From assembly GCA_013265495.1 (NCBI GenBank), contig MU063499.1, positions 496,001 to 560,000 of the forward strand: 64,000 bases of DNA. The letters are read 5' to 3'. This document shows positions 1 through 25,916 of the stretch, piece after piece. Position numbers and translations under genes: made by a program. The notes beneath the pieces are model-generated. The model ran no database searches, was not told the DNA's origin, and saw nothing but the letters and a program-made list of their open reading frames with translations. Positions within the stretch are counted from its first letter, which is position 1. Each line of letters opens with the position of its first letter. The DNA comes from Vicugna vicugna (taxonomy: Eukaryota).

Positions 1-302
1 CTTCCCTTATGTTATAGGTGAGGAAATTAAGGTGCAAGGTAATGGCAGAGCCATAATTTAGGTCTAGATATATCCCTCTAATTATGCCTCCCTGGAAAAT
101 TCATGGTGAGGCTTCAGAGAAACTATGTGGAAATGTGGTATGTGTGCCTGCCTTCCAAGACATTGTTAAGGGAATCTGTCACTCACCAGAGGTTAAGAAT
201 CACTAATGTAGTTGCTCTGAATCCCATCCTTTGTGTCTCACATTATGAACTTCTTTCCCTGGGACGTTTGTTAGCCTACCTGAGAGCCTTTATCCATAAA
301 GT

Positions 303-530
303 TCTGTTGGCTTGGACAAAAGGGAAATTAAAAACATAGGAGCCTGGCCTGATGTACGTTGGAGTGTTTTTCTTTTCTGATTTTAAGTTTTAAAAGCCAT
401 ATCAGATGTATTCTGCCCCCTACAGACTGCTCAGGTTCTGGGATTTGTGCATCATGTGTGCACATCTGGCTGGGAGATAAGCCAAGGCTCCTAGAAGCCA
501 GTCTCAGTCGTGCCTTGGGTCTGAGTTGAG
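303..530 (+). pseudogene. Degenerate tandem duplicate of the ARIH2 intron end and exon at 779-902 (pseudoexon or possible poison exon)
   Basis: 303-430 aligns by eye with 779-902, including an identical acceptor TTTTTCTTTTCTGATTTTAAG and exon-like TCAGATGTAT...GCCCCC.ACAGACTGC. Candidate donor GAG|GTATCC at 530/531. Confidence 0.7.
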
Positions 531-862
531 GTATCCTTTTCGGAGTACCTCCGCATGCCCTATGAGAGGCGGAGTTCTGAATCTGACGTCCTGTCAGGAA
601 GGGTTAACATCACAAGATATTTAAAACAAACACATCATTTCAGTTTATGGAAAGTATATCTTAGAAGGGCTTAGATTAAAGAGTAGTTCACACAGTGTTT
701 CTGTATAATCCTGGGTAAGTAAAGATGTCAGAGGCCCTAATAGTTGACTTTACCTCTTTGAAAAGCTCTAATTCAGGATCTGTTGGCTTGGACAGAAGGA
801 AAATTAAAAACACAGGACCTGACCTAACTATTATTTGAATGTTTTTCTTTTCTGATTTTAAG

Positions 863-3800
863 TTTCAAGTGTCGTCAGATGTATCACGCCCCCACAGACT
901 GCGCCACAATCCGGAAATGGCTAACGAAGTGTGCAGACGACTCTGAAACAGCCAACTACATTAGTGCTCACACTAAAGACGTAAGGACTGTATTTTACCT
1001 GTCATGGATCTGCCCTCCTTAGTGCTGCCCGGCACTTGCCTGGGAGATTTGCCATCTGAGAGCAGAACACCCGGGGCCTCCGGGCCCTTGCTGGAGGCAG
1101 ACCTTTGCTCAGACTTGGCAGAATTTGCAGCAGTTTATCATAGTATGCTCTCGGTGCATTTATTTTAATAAAATGCTGAAATGCCTGGAAAAGTTTAACC
1201 CATAGGAGAACTAATTAGAAAACTAGGTTTTATTGAATGCCTTCCAAGCTTTAACAGCCGTGGGAGGGAGTGGTTGATGGCAACACCTAATAAACAGCAA
1301 GACTCTAATGCAAGCCCAGGCCTGTACAGTTCTCATTCTGGAAACTTCCCATGGGAAAGCATAGCCTGCAGCCCCTTGAGCCCTGCGTGACTCAGCACTC
1401 AAGGCTATAACCTGTGCCAGTCACACGCTGAGCTGATGTACCCACAAGCATAGTTGTGACCGTGATATCATTAAGCATAGTCCACTTCGGGGCAGTGGGA
1501 GAGCACAGCATTAGACTGGTCTCTGCATTGCTGCCTGGGGTTCCCTGCAGCTGTCAAATGAATAAGAGTGAGTGAGATTTAGAGATTATTTCCTTGCTCT
1601 CTCCTGGAAGCAGAAGTCCAGGGAAGCACCAGGACTTAATCTAGAGTCGCAGCTCTTGTGCTGCTTTGGCATTTCTCCCAAGCAGGCAAGCTTTCTACTG
1701 ACTCAGCTTGTGCTTAATCTGAGCGGCCTCATGGCAGGGACAGATGGTGGAAGACTTAGTGGGGCTCAGCTGGTGCTTGGAGTGTTTCAGAGCCAAACAT
1801 GCTGACCTCATTTCCTTGAATTGCTGTTCCAGCCTCAGCGACCCGCCACATTTAAGTGAGATGCTCCTCCCCAGAAGTGCTCGCACGATGAGCTACTGGG
1901 CTCGGGTGCCAGGAGCTTTGTGTAATTTGTCTTAGAACCGGCCTGATGGTGCGTGAGCCTAACGGCGCCCTTCTGTCTCCTCAGTGTCCCAAGTGCAACA
2001 TCTGCATTGAGAAGAACGGAGGCTGCAATCACATGGTGAGCAGAAGCCTGTACCCTTTGCTTATGTGACATGGAGCCTTTGGTCATCGTGCCTTTAACAT
2101 GTTCTCTTCTGTTTCCCTCTGACAGCAATGCTCCAAGTGTAAACACGGTGAGTCCCAGTCTTGGTGTGCGAGACCTAGTGCACAGTCTCTGCTTATGCAC
2201 GGGTCTCCATTGCTTGTTTAGTAAGTGCTTTTGTGATGAAGTGACAAAACAAAGGGCAGCCTCAGTCACTTGTAGTCCTGATAACCAGAGTAAAGCAGCT
2301 CTTAATTTATTATTATTTTTTGGTCCCTTGTATAATCCCACTGCCATCTCACTGACACGTGTAGTCAGAAGTCAAGTTTGGGATGACTCTTAGACCCTCA
2401 AGAGTCCTAAGTCATCCAAGAAGAAGGTCTTAGTGTGTTCTTTTTATTTTTGCCAAGACAGGTAAGTAGCATGGGGCTTATCTGTGCTACCTTATGGATA
2501 GATAGCTTTTAGAGCAAGCTGCACATGATTTTACTGGAAGTAGTAAAATAATAGTTTTCCTTTGACGTTCTGTAAAGTTTTCAGAGGGGGTCTTGATTTG
2601 GCCTTTCAGGCTTCCTTCATCTGTTAGGAATAGATTACATAGAACCTGTTGGTTTTGCTTTCCTTCCTGCCAAGAAAATCAAGTAAAGAAATAAAATTTC
2701 TTCAGGTAGAAAATATGCCCAGATGGGTTTCCTACCCAGTTACTTAGATGCCCACCAGGAGGTCCTGAGAATTTCTCTTTGTAAGTGCCCACCTAATTCT
2801 ATCCCTATGTTCTCCCATGAGCCCACTGTAATCAGAGTAGACAAGGCAAGATTTTAGAAGGGAACAGTGACTCTGAAATACAGAATGAAAACAGGCCAAA
2901 GGTAGTGACATGTTTCCTCAGTGATATCCCACTCTGTCTCTGTGTGTGTGAATGAGAGGGACGTGTGTCATCCACTTAGTGCATAGGACACACGTACAGT
3001 TTAAGGAGAAATGACAAAGTGAACACCCCAGTATGCACCACACACCTAGTACTGAAGAAGTTCCGTGTGTCCCTCCCTACCCAGAGTTAACTGCCGTCCT
3101 TTGCGTTGCTGTGTAGTGTCACCACCTGCACGGGCAACCCTAAGCAACGCAGTAGTATTTGAAACAGTAGCAAGCAAGCCCAACCTAGCTGATTAAGGAG
3201 AAAGCAACATTGGCACTGTTCAGTGAAGGCTCCTAGGAGAAATGGACAACCTCTAGGTCTCTGGGTTTGGCTTGAGCTTCCCCACATTTTACAGAAGCCC
3301 CTTTTGGGAAGTCAGTGAGCCAACTTATAGGAATGAATCCTGAGAAACAGCATTTACCACTGTTGGGATCTCTGGCAGAGACAGAATATAGAACTGTGGT
3401 TGGCCTCTTTCCATTAAGCCACAGTGATTGTTTGGATGTATAGCATCCAATGGGGATCTTTATTTTTTCCCTCTTTGCTTCCTCAGTCTGGAAACCGAGT
3501 CATAATTCTGAGTATGAACTACTGAATAGCTGTGGGCTTTATAAAAATGTGCTTTTTCAGAAAGAAGGAAAAAGGGGAAACCCTTTATTTCCAGCTTCAT
3601 GTACAAAATGTTTCTAGGACAGGTGTCAAGAGTAGGAGGTAGTCAGGAGGGTAGATGTGTCCTGAATGATCAATTGGCCTCAGCTCGACATACTTCCACT
3701 TCTCACCAAGGCATTCACACAGTAAACCAGTGGTCTCGTGTAGTCTGCATCTGCCTGTGTTGGAATAAAAAGGCATAAAGCATGTGTGCTCATGGAACTA

Positions 3801-6800
3801 AGACTGTCCTTAGGCTGGTCTTCACGTTGGCACGGACAGGCTACAGGGACAGTATAATGTGACAGGGATGAGAGGTGTACATTCCCTCTGGGGAGTTCTG
3901 GTCAGGTGATATCCCCACCAAGAGGGGCAGGATCTGTTTATCCCCCTCCTTTGCCTATGCCTGTGGAGGAATGTGGGCTTGTCTCGTGTGTAAATGCCTC
4001 CTTCTCTGTTCTGTGCAGACTTCTGCTGGATGTGTCTAGGAGATTGGAAGACCCATGGCAGCGAGTATTATGAGTGCAGTCGGTACAAGGAGAATCCCGA
4101 CATTGTCAATCAGAGCCAGCAAGCCCAGGCCAGGGAGGCCCTCAAGAAGTACTTGTTCTACTTTGAGAGGGTAGGTGTCCTCTCTTGCACCTACTCCACG
4201 AGGGTGGGCTTCTTCCAGTTGGCCTGCTGGGGTGAAACTCTGGCTGACTGGTAGCCACAGCCAGTGTGTGCACACAGAAGTCAGGAAGTGGAGCTCCTGC
4301 AGTGGCCTGGGTGGTGCCGCCCATAGATGGGGCTTTCAGGCTCCACAGGGCAGCCACAGCCAACAAGGAGAGATGGGGTGCTGACCTTGTTCAAATGATG
4401 GTTTGAAGGATAATGAAGAACCATAAGACAGTCTTTTGCATCCAGTGCCTTGTTTGTTTGTTTTTAATTTAGGTATAATTGGTTTACAATATTATATCCA
4501 GTTTCAGATGTATAGCATTGTGATGCACAATTTTTAAAGATTAGACTCCATTTATAGTTATTATAAAATATTGGTTATTTTCCATGTGCTGTACAATATG
4601 TCCCTGTAGCCTATTTATTTTATACATAGTAGTTTGTAGTACCTCTTAATCCCCACCCCTATCTTGTCCCTCTCTCCCATGCAGTGCCACATTAATATTC
4701 AGATTCAGAGTGCAGTTATTTCCAGGGAGACCCTTCAGAAGCCCACAGAGCATGGCACATGTAGTTTCTGCAGGTACCTAGCTTTGCTTTGTCCTCAGGG
4801 CTGGAGCCATATTGCCCCAGGGGTAGAGTGATCTTGCAGGCCGGCAACTACTCTGGACAGGGTTAGTAGTGTGGACTGAAGAAGCCCCCTTCTGCACTCC
4901 CAAGGACACACAGCCCCCTTTAGTTAGTTAAAGCTATGGCCATGCCCTGCCGGCTAAGGTGTCTGTTCTCAACTCCTGTGTGAACCTCTGCACCTTCCCG
5001 GGACTCCTGCAGCTTTCTCCCTTCTCTGCCCCGTAGTGGGAAAACCACAACAAGAGCTTGCAGCTGGAGGCACAGACTTATCAGCGGATTCATGAGAAAA
5101 TTCAGGAGAGGGTCATGAATAATCTGGGGACATGGATCGACTGGCAGTACCTACAGAACGCTGCCAAGCTCTTGGCCAAGGTCTGTACCACCTTGCTCTT
5201 CCCAGCCCTGTCAGGCCCAGACCTCTGAGGGTGGGAGGCACTGTACGGGGCAGGGGGACTTAGCACCCTGTGCAGCCCTGCATGCTTCTGCTTACGGGTC
5301 CACGTTTCCCTGGGCTGTGTCCACTGAGGACTCAGCCCTCTGTGGATGTCCAGGGGATTTCAAGAAGAGTACTCCAGTGCCTCTGCAGAGAAAGACCTGC
5401 AGAGAAAACTAGAGCCCTTTTCTTCTTTTGTCCCATCCATGCATCACTCAAAGGAAAATAAGAGATTGTCTTTGGACAAGTATTGAGATAGATGTGTGGA
5501 CTCTGATGTCCGACTCAAGAGGGAAGAGCCGTTGAGGCAGCTGCTGGTAATAAATCACAGTGTGAAAAAGGAACTGTGGGTGTTCTGTGACCATTTTTGT
5601 TTCAGTTTTTGCCATGTTGTCCCCCAATTCATCTTTTATTTTCCTTGGCCTCATTTCTTTCAGGCCCATACCTGTAGAGCCAGGCTAATTTGCATGGTGG
5701 GGTAAGAGCTGTAACAGCCACCTGAGATCCACGTAGGTTAGCGTCATAGACACAGGTCCCTTGTCTTCTCTCTGTTGCAGTGTCGATACACCCTGCAGTA
5801 CACGTACCCGTATGCATACTACATGGAATCTGGACCCAGGAAGAAGCTGGTAAGGCGATGTATCCCTCTACTCTGCCCTTTTTGCCTCAGAGGTGCCCTT
5901 CTCTACCAGCCATTGTAGGAGAGTGGGGACCAGACCTGGTTATTGGGAGGGCAAAATCAAAACAAAACTGGCAATTATAAAATCTCATCTCCAAAGTAGA
6001 TCTCAGGTGCCAGCACTTTGTGTAACAGGAAAGCAGATATACCGAGGCCCATGAACAACTTTATTTAGAGGATGACTGGCTGAAAATGTCTGTGGCCACT
6101 TGGGAGGCCAGTGCCCATGCTTTGGGAGGATAGCAGCATGCATATTCCTAAATATAGTGGACTTGTTTTACATCTTTAATTCTTCATCTTAGATGTGGGT
6201 TGTTTCCCCTGATTATAATTCACATTTATTGTTTCATTGTTGGCAAATACAGAAAAACATTTACATCATCCATCATCCCACCAGAAAGAAATGGCCACTG
6301 TTAGCATTTTCCAGCCTTTTAAAATTAATATTATTTCTATAATCAAGGTTTTATATATATAACATTTTATTGGTACAACAGTTTGGTGTTGGCAGCTGTC
6401 ATTATTTACCAGGCTGGTAAAATGCCATTTTTTAATAGTACATAAATGTTCCATTATATAGTCGTACCGTCATTTAGGGAATTTATTGTTTCTGTTTTTC
6501 ACTGTCATAAATAAGACACTGGAAAACCTCTTTGGGAGTTGTTTTTTGGAATGGGTGTATAATTACTAAGTCAAATGTTTTGAATATTTTTAAGACTTGA
6601 TTTTTCAGAAAGACTAAAAAAATGAAGTATTCATTGAACACAGTGTCTGTGAATATCCACTTTGACCTGTTTTTGCAGTATCCATTTCCTTATATGTTCA
6701 GAGCATTCTATTCAGTGGCTAAAATTCTTCCTCTTTCTTTGGGGGCAGAGGGTGAGTGAGGCCTTGCCATGTGGCTGTGCTCCAGGTAGCCTTTTGATTG

Positions 6801-7335
6801 GCTTCTGGCTCTGGGTACAGGAACTAGCACTGCTCTCTAAGGACAGTATCAGGGTTGTCTGTAGCTCATTGCGAGCCTGAGGTGCTGCGTCTGCCCCTCC
6901 CATCTGCAGGCCCTGCCCCGGCTACAGCCCCCTCTCCTTTTGACCCTCCTGCTCTACCCATACAGTTTGAATACCAGCAGGCTCAGCTGGAGGCTGAGAT
7001 CGAAAACCTGTCATGGAAAGTGGAGCGTGCGGACAGCTATGACAGAGGGGTAAGTGTCTGCGGTCCTCTTGGACTCTCTGTTGCAGGTGAGGGAGGGCTG
7101 GTGTGGTCATGGTTAGCATGGTGGTCAGCATGTGGACTGGCTGCTGCTGCTGAGAAGGGTGGGAAGGGCAGTGCTTTTGACTCCTTGGAGCCCCTGGCCT
7201 GGTGGTTGCTCCCTGCTCACGGGACTGGGCCCTGCAAGCACCTGTCTTACTTCCCTGGTGCAGGACTTAGAGAACCAGATGCACATAGCAGAACAGCGGA
7301 GGAGAACCCTGCTGAAGGATTTCCATGACACCTAG
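863..7335 (+). CDS. ARIH2: RBR E3 ubiquitin ligase ariadne-2, 3' part (end of IBR, RING2, Ariadne domain); 5' exons lie upstream of the window
   Basis: Exons 863-980 ([13 protein letters not shown]...SAHTKD), 1985-2035 ([17 protein letters not shown]), 2126-2147, 4019-4170 ([10 protein letters not shown]...), 5037-5180, 5781-5849, 6966-7049 and 7264-7335 (DLENQM...DFHDT*). All introns are GT-AG and phases are consistent. Confidence 0.97.
4448..4680 (-). mobile_element. L1 3' end fragment
   Basis: T-rich head followed by TATAATTGGTTTACAATATTATAT..AGTTTCAGATGTATAGCAT..., typical of an antisense L1 3' UTR. Confidence 0.65.
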
Positions 7336-10300
7336 GTTGGGACATGGACATGCCGGAGTGAGGAAGATGTGGCTGGAAGGTCTCCCGGCTGCCATACTGC
7401 ATGCTGCAGGCTCTGCCTTTCACGACCCCAGGCGACAGCCAGGGCCCCACTCCTGAGAGACACTGGCCACACACCTCTTAGTCAATTTCTGTTTTTTTCT
7501 CATCTTTTCGCTTTTTGTTTCTACCAGGGTAGAGGCCATGCTGAATTGGCCTCTTTTCAGGACCTTCAATTCCCCCTGGATGGTTGTTGGGAGGGAGGGA
7601 AAGTTTTTTCTGAATGACTATTAATAGTATTAGATCATTACAACTTATGTAATTGTCAAAGGTTGTACAATTATACAAAAGGGGGCAAACCATAGAATTA
7701 CACAGAACCCTTTTTAAAAATAAATTGGCATTGGAGTGTTTTACCCTCTAGCTATTTTACTTAGAACGTAACGTATGCTGCCTGCTCACCTTTCCTCAGA
7801 ATGTCTACTTACTGCAAGAGGTTTCCCAGGGTGGCCTTCACTTTCCAGATTCATATGTGTTTGGTACAGCTAGAGTCCCAAGGGAAGAGTATGGGCGGCA
7901 GATGGTGGGAAACTGAGTCGGCCTGTGTAACAGGTGTGGAGCACAGGGAATCACATTGTGCCTCCTGCCTGGTCCTTGTAGACCCTTTAGTGGTCAGGTA
8001 CGCTGCCTTAACCTTGGCAGTGAGGAGACAGTACAGAACAGAGTCTTGCCGTGGTGTGTCAGTCTGATGGCGCTGCAGGCCTGTGGACTGATGTTTATTC
8101 TTGAAAGTGAGGTTTACGTAGGACTGGCTACTGAGGCCAGAGCCCACAGCAGAGCCCGTAGGTGGGCTTGTGGCCCTTCATACCAGGGGACGTGAGTTCA
8201 GCAGTCTCCTTTTGTCTCCTAAAGCTAGAGATTCACTTTTAAAGGGAATTGTTCTCCCAAATAAATTTGTTTTACCTTGGTCCCTTCTTTTGTGCCAGTG
8301 TTCCAGTTGTATAACTCTGACCAGGTTCACATGTAGCTGTGCCTGACATTGTCCTGCCACACTCTCCTCTGGTGAACGTCAGGGTCAGAGTTCAGCATGG
8401 CCCTCCCACGGGCTCTGGTCGGCCTGGCTCAGGGGCCTTATTTGCACAGGTTGTTTTCATGTTACTTGGAGTGTGTGTCTCCATGTTACCTGCTGTGGGG
8501 GTTGGATGTGCTCCCCCTGGCCTGGTTCAAGCTGTTGGAGGAGATCATCTCTTGGGTCTGGGAATCTGAGGCCAGGAGGGTCTTTGGTTTGTGGTCCCAG
8601 TTCCTGTGCTAGAGAGGCTGGACAGGGGAAGGGGCCAGCTTTTCCACAGTTAGGACAAAGGAACAAGTGGTTTGTGTGGTATCCTGCCTGTCCTGAAGTT
8701 GGTGCTGAGGGCCTTTCAGAAATTACACCTGTGATCTCCTGGGGTGCCTGTGGCCTTTTTCAGTGCCTCCACTCTGAGACTGGCAGAACTGTCTGTATTC
8801 AGCAGGGCCTCCTTGACCTCCTGGAAGAGTTGCTTGGGAGGTCTGTGATTAAATATTGTGTTGGAAATTCTTTGATATTCAAACATTTTCACCTCAGTCA
8901 GTAATTTCCCAGGTACCATGTAAGCTGTAAACTGAATCACTCTTGGGGACAGAGGACAGCTGTCCCCTTGGGGTCATGAAGTACATGGCTGGTTGCAGGC
9001 TCCCTTTCTCCCCACTCAGGTTTTGCCTCTTCCTCTTATCCCCTGCAAGGGAGGGATAATGGGGTGGAGTGAAGGGATAAGTTAGGAGTGTAGCAGATGA
9101 ACCCAGAATTGGATGGTGGTGAGCTAACTGAATGAGGAGAGTGCCTGCTGGGGGGACCTAGGGGTGGGGCGTGACTGCTGCATTGGCACATGGAAGATCC
9201 TGGCATCTGAAGCCTTTACCTCTCCAATGCGTCCTTTCTCTGTCACCACCCTGGCACAGGCAGGACCTGAGTTGCAGCTCTGTACCTTAAGTCATACCCT
9301 GGGCATCCCTGGGCGTTTTTGGACTGCACAGCTGCCACATAGTGCACTTGCATCCAGCCGTGGCCCCAACAATTGGAGCTGCAGCAGGTTCTGTGTCCCG
9401 ACTGCAGCCTTTGACCTGTGGAGAGCTTCCTTTTGTGCTCCAAGTGGCTGTCCCTCGTTAATATCATTAGGAAGTTGGGAAAAGTCAGGATTTTTCTGCC
9501 CTGCAAAGGAAGGCACGGTGTTTTCATGAATTTACCGTGTATCTTTGTCTTCTTCAAAGAAAAAGTTGAGGCAATGTCATCTGCTCAAAGTTGAGTGGTT
9601 TATTCAAAATAAACAAAGTTTCTGATTATAAAAGTGTGTGAAGTCTTTCTTCAGAGGATCCAAGTAGCCTTCTGAGCCAGTGTCCCAGGGGGTTCTGCCA
9701 GTGAGCACCAAATGGGGGCCTTACTATTGGCCGGCCCCTCCTCCAGAGGGCTGTGAAGGCCCCACTGGCCTGACTCTACTCTACCTTTGTTCCCTTTCTG
9801 GGAAGAGGGCACTGTGGAGGGAAGTGGAATATCCTGGCAGTTTTGGCTCTCCTTTCCCTCCCTGGGCACAGGCCAAACTGTGCCCCACCAGAAACAGATC
9901 CCAAGATGTGTTAACGTACTGATTCTAATGCCCCACAGCCTTGCTGATGCCCTGAGCTGCATCAGAAGACTACTGAGTCCAAAGGAGATGTGGTAACGAA
10001 GGGCCAAAGAGTATGGCGGGGATAGGGGTGAGAAGATGGGTTGTGGCTTCACAGGGGCCCTGGGGTTATGAAGTGACGACTCTAGGCATAAACTAGAAAT
10101 ACTTTGAGTTTAATCCCAAAGGTTGAAGTCAGGAAATGAGGCTTCAGTTCTGATTAAGGGGGTCCACATTTGTGGTGCAGGAGTGGCAGCAACTTCAGTG
10201 ATAGCTCAGGTCGAACGCTCCAGAGCTGTGGGCAGCATGCACAGGACAGCCCAGGCCAGGGAGGTCCCAGACACTGCCAGTATGAACTTCACAGCTGCTC

Positions 10301-11089
10301 CTCTTTGGAATTCTAATGTGCCAAACCCAAGGAATACGATGGTGTACAAAAGATACATGGGCTCTACTCTCTAGGAGTCCTTCAGAGCGGAGTAGGGAAA
10401 AAAAGAAGCTCTCCACAGGCTTTGGCACTTGGCGGCTAGTATGTCCTCCCACCTCCATATTTGGTGCTAATCTGAGTTTAATTTTCTTCTGAGGCTATGG
10501 TCCCAGTTATGGAAAAGTCTTTTTCTCCTTCATATGTGCCAGCTTGAGGCAAGGAGTGTTCCTGTGCACCTGAGCACTTGTTGCATTCCTGCAGGTTACA
10601 CTTACGGTGCCAGGGCTCCTCCAGAGAGCCCTCTCTGACCACCCCACACTGGGTTCCTCGTCTATGCTACCCCGCACATCACGCAGTTTCTTTCTAAGGC
10701 CTGAGAACTGCAGGCCTCCCCAGGAGGTTCAGATCAACCGCAGAGCAGACCTCCAAGGTGTTCTTGGTCTGTTACACTGGCGAGTATCAGTGCTGAAAGC
10801 CGTGGTTCCTACACCACCACATGCACAGTCATCGGCCTCCGCGGTGCCCCCAAACCACCACAGTAATGTCATCTTTTAGCATGGCCTCCTTGCTGCCACC
10901 CTACTCCTGGGAGCAAGAAAATGTAAACCATACTTTCCCGGCAAGAGGGAATTGCGTCTTAACCCGGGAACCGAGAAACTACCAGTGGGGTTTCCTTAAC
11001 TGTGCAGCTCTTGTCTGCATCTACATTTGGGGGGTCGGCGTCTGTCCTGGGGAGTGTGCATCTCCGCCTGACAGTAACACAGCTCGGAA

Positions 11090-25401
<14,312 letters not shown>

Positions 25402-25689
25402 GGGGAGTGTCGACCCGGGTCCCCAGCCGCAGGTCGCCGGCCGCCCGAGGTCGGGGGCCATGCCGTCCCCTTGTCCAGCTGCAGGCCAAAGGCCTGGCCG
25501 GTATCTTGGTCCACCCCCGCCTCCAGCCGCGATCGGGTCACAGTTCCTATAGCCATGTTATTTATTGTGTACAGACCCGTGCTGCCCCGACAAATAAAAC
25601 CACGGCTTGGAGCCGCAGACTCAATAAGCTCCAGGTGGGTGGGAGGGAGGAAGACTGGGCGGGTCGGAGCAGGCGGCGGCCGGGGGCGT

Positions 25690-25870
25690 GCAGCGGACGT
25701 CACGTGAAGTGGGGGCGAGGGCGGCCCAGCCAATCCCAGCCGGACGCTGTGCGGCGGAGGGCGGTCGTCATTGGACCTCGGGGCCGGGCGCCCCTTGCCT
25801 CTGCTACCTGTTGCTACGGGCGCTGTAGAGCGGCTGCGCGGCGCGCGGGAAGGCTTGTCTCGCGAGAGCT
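25690..25870 (+). promoter_or_regulatory. WDR6 CpG-island promoter motifs
   Basis: GTCACGTGA E-box/CLEAR-like at 25699-25707, CCAAT at 25730 and ATTGG at 25770, palindrome TCTCGCGAGA at 25858-25867. Confidence 0.65.
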
Positions 25871-25916
25871 CGCCTCCTTTCTTGACGGTGGCAGCTGCAG
25901 CGGCTCGGGGACCGAC

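Noticed and set aside
9160-10900. ORFs of 100-133 aa between ARIH2 and P4HTM
   Set aside because: No domain motifs, no coherent exon chain, and partly old repeat-like sequence.
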